DNA of 64,000 nucleotides, taken from Bilabrum cf. latius (Eukaryota). A model generated the notes under the pieces. It had not been told where the DNA came from and did not search any database. It saw only the letters and a list, made by a program, of their open reading frames with translations. Position numbers and translations under genes: made by a program. This document shows positions 61,101 to 64,000 of this stretch, piece after piece (within the stretch, counting starts at the first letter, position 1; each line of letters opens with the position of its first letter). The stretch covers positions 806,001 to 870,000 of the forward strand of contig OZ237753.1 in NCBI GenBank assembly GCA_965178125.1, read 5' to 3'.

Positions 61101-63229
61101 GGAGAGGTGGCGGTATTCATCTCCAAGTCGAGATGCAGGTCCTGGCGCTGCACCAGCATTGCACCCCTGGCAGAGGCACTGACGCTGGAGCCTGTCCCAC
61201 TGAGTACGGGCCCCCGCGGCTGGGGCAGGCCAGGAGGAGCAACTGGCTGCTGGTGCTCGTGGTAATCCTGTCCCTGCTGCTGCATGCGAGCCAGCGCATC
61301 CGCGCGTGCCTCGCTCTGCCTAAGGATACCTGACTGCCCTTCCCTACGAGGCGTCTGCTTGGCGGAGCGGGCCCGCCTTGATCCGCGCCCCTGACCCAGT
61401 CGTCTACCTGCCTTACTGCCTCCAGATGAACCCAGTTTGCTCCTCCCTGGGCCAATCACACCGCGTCTCTTAGCGTCCCTCGCCCTCGGCACCTTCGGCT
61501 AAACCCGACGGAGGTCCCTTTGCCGAGCCTTTTCTTGGTTTTGTAGAGCCTTCAGTTCGTTCGCGAGACGCCTCGATGGCCGGGATCGGGAGGCGGAGGG
61601 CGCTCGAGCCGCAATCGATGCGTACCCAGGCGATAGGGATGCTGCCGCCGGGGCCCGGCCTTGGGGGGGTGGCGTGAGCGAGACCTTGTCCGGATCCGGG
61701 GTGCCTTTGTTCTCCCGAGCAGTGGTGACACGCCCCGGCCTGCTCTGTGTCCGGCGGGACACGGCACGGCGAGGAGCGCGTCGGGGCTAGCTACGTCCCA
61801 GCCTCGACTCGCTTTGCTGTTGCATGCGGGCTCTGGCAGCAGAGCGCGCCCGATCGCCGCGTGACCTAGATCTCCCGGCGGAAGAGTCGGCAGCGTGCTG
61901 CATGCCAGCGGTGGTCTTGCGAGCAGCTCGAGGCGACCTGCGGCCCCGCCCCCGCCCCTGTCCCAGCCCACGTCCCTCAACTCCTGCCACCTGTCGTACT
62001 CTGTGCTTCCGAGACGAGCTGCGGTTCGGCCGTGTAGAACGACCCTGTCTGGGAGAATCCACACCGCTCAAGTCGCCATTGCCAACCTCTGCATCCATCT
62101 GCCCCTACACTGCCGCAACAAACCGATGGGATGAAGCGGGTGCAGAAATATCTGCCCCACCATTGGCAGCTTCACCTAGAGCCGGAACAACGCCGCTTCT
62201 TTCGTCATCCGCCGGCGTGCGATGGCTCATGCCGAGCTCGTTGGGCATCGGATGGGCACGTAACACCGACTGCAGCTGGGCAGCGAGCGCAGCCTGCAGC
62301 TCTGCAGGATTCTGTACATGGTCCGGCTGTAGCTCTGGACGAGTGTGAGAACCAGAACCAGCTAGTCGGGGGTCCTGCTGCTCTCGCACTCGTGGTGCAT
62401 CTACTGGCAGCTGCACCGCTCCACCCCCACCACCCCCTCCACTGCCACCACGAGATGTGATCGAAGCGCGGTCCCCGAGCTACACAATCCCACCGCCGGT
62501 TTCCTGCAGCAATTCAACCTCCTTGTCACCGTTGGTATCGGACGCAGGCGTGTCCCATGGGCCATCACTGGCCCCGGCAGGTGACCGGTGCTCACTATAG
62601 CCTGTGGGCAAGTGGCGAGACCGCTGCTGGAGGCTGTCTCCTGCTTGTTTGCTCGCTTCCGAGGCATCTAATCGGATATGGAGCCTACTGGTCTGTCTCT
62701 AAGGGCTGTTTAAATCGGTATTCGTGAGACTTTCTATTGGCATGGTGCGACTGCCAGGCTCTCGACGGTCCGTCGCACGGCCGCTCCTGACGGATGACGG
62801 GCTGAATGGGATCGAATCGCGATACCCAGCTGTGGTTTGTACATCTGCTGGTGATGCAGGGTCGTTGGCTCTCGAACGATTCGAGAAGGCAGAGCGTCGC
62901 TGTGGAACGTCTTGCTATCCCTCAGGGAGCCTCGGCAAAACATCTCCTTGATGCCTGCGTTCGATAGGCTCTGCAATACCATGGCCGCCATTCTGTACCT
63001 GGCCGTGCGATTTAGATATCAGCATTGACAAATCGACTTGTGCAGCAATACAAGACGCTTTTTCGCTGCGTCCAGGAGAAACTCCACCGGTGGGTCGCTT
63101 GCTGGATTCACCTCTCGAGCCTCTCCAGTTCAGGTCAGCCGATCTGTGACGATCTCGGGCTCGATGTTTTTCAGAGGCAAGTCTCTAAATCTGTGCTTGG
63201 ACTTCGTCGAGAAGCGTGTGCCCAGACAT
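58199..63229 (-). CDS. Large disordered Ser/Gly/Arg-rich protein with a C-terminal WWCCCC cluster (~1676 aa; 10 in-frame TAG)
   Basis: ATG 63229 (MSGHTLLDEVQAQI[Q]RLASEK) to TGA 58199-201 in one frame; the only interruptions are TAG. Confidence 0.72.
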
Positions 63230-63490
63230 GCTAGTCGTTGCGGTTTGGGGTCAGCCGTTCTTCTCGCAGCCTAGGCAAAATAGGCCGGTGCAACGCTCGC
63301 TGAGCTACTACTACTTGAATGATATATCTTGATCCCCACAATAAAATGTAATGGATCAGTGCATCATGCCACAGTTGTACGGAAGTTGTGGGAGCAGTTC
63401 TGAATTACGTCGGTATTAAACAGTGCAGTTTATGATGCAGTGCTCGCTTCTGGCGCGATCCAGACTCAACACCAATCCTAGACTTGGGCA

Positions 63491-64000
63491 ATGGCTGCTG
63501 TTGCTGGGGCTGTCCCAGACGATATCGTAGAGCAGGCGAAGAAAGTTGGAATCGCCGAGAAGGCTGCTTCTAGTCTATACAAGGCGTTCAAATCCTTTGA
63601 TGCAGATAACAGCGGCGCTGTTGATCGGTCAGAGCTTTGCAAAGCATTGGAGCTCTCGGGGGTCCGGGACGCACCACACCAAGTTGGACTGTTCTTCAAA
63701 TCAACAAAGACTGAAGCAGATGGCCGTGCAAATTTCTCGGAGTTCTGCCAGGTATGAGCAAGCGAAATATGCAAAGCTCTCGTCTCTCGTTGACATTCGT
63801 CTCACAAGTTCCTCTGTCAGGAGCCCGAAGTCCCCACGCCGCCCTCCATCGCAGATAATCGCCAAATTTAAATCATCCTCCGGCATCGGTGCCGTGGTAC
63901 TCAAAGCATCTGGCCTGAAGACCTTGGAGGGAGTGACCGGAAAGCATTCTTACAGCGACGACGAGCGCATCGCTTTCGCCGAGCACCTCAACAACGTCTT
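63491..64000 (+). CDS. Fimbrin/plastin (EF-hand headpiece plus start of the CH1 actin-binding domain), 3'-truncated; exons 63491-63751, 63855->64000
   Basis: EF-hand FDADNSGAVDRSEL; 103-nt GT-AG intron 63752-63854; then KHSYSDDERIAFAEHLNNV, matching the plastin HSYSEEE.AF..IN motif. Confidence 0.85.

Noticed and set aside
687-63229. Cluster of pseudogenes, or RIP-like C-to-T hypermutation
   Set aside because: Decay would also give TAA (from CAA), TGA (from CGA/TGG) and frameshifts; only TAG occurs, and essential genes keep intact motifs.
687-63229. Sequencing or assembly error as the source of the stops
   Set aside because: About 100 events all give the same codon, in frame, on both strands, with no indels; this is not a plausible error profile, though reads should confirm it.

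Overview
GC-rich, gene-dense, intron-poor eukaryotic nuclear DNA. A compact heterotrophic protist, possibly a stramenopile flagellate, is my inference from gene content, not a proven assignment. The supplied ORF track is fragmented because the window does not follow the standard genetic code. Reading TAG as a sense codon joins the fragments into 19 coherent genes (17 complete or nearly so, 2 cut by the window edges) with no frameshifts. By hand I count about 100 in-frame TAG codons and no in-frame TAA or TGA. TAG sits at conserved Gln positions (GPN3 FDCPG[Q]IELY; AGC kinase FAF[Q]T) and inside CAG/CAA poly-Gln and (Ala-Gln)n tracts. Genes end in TGA (16) or TAA (2). The best reading is UAG=Gln with UAA and UGA kept as stops, a rare decoupling of UAG from UAA. 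Genes: nitroreductase, DEP-DEP-START-AGC kinase, integrin-alpha-like FG-GAP membrane protein, GPN3, Gly-rich UIM/DPW protein, coiled-coil protein, PSI/saposin-like secreted protein, YqgF-like nuclease, TALE homeodomain protein, CDC16/APC6, beta-lactamase-like hydrolase, LMBR1-like protein, SAM-methyltransferase-like/TPR protein, fimbrin/plastin, and several large orphan proteins. I recognised no RNA genes, mobile elements or CRISPR arrays.
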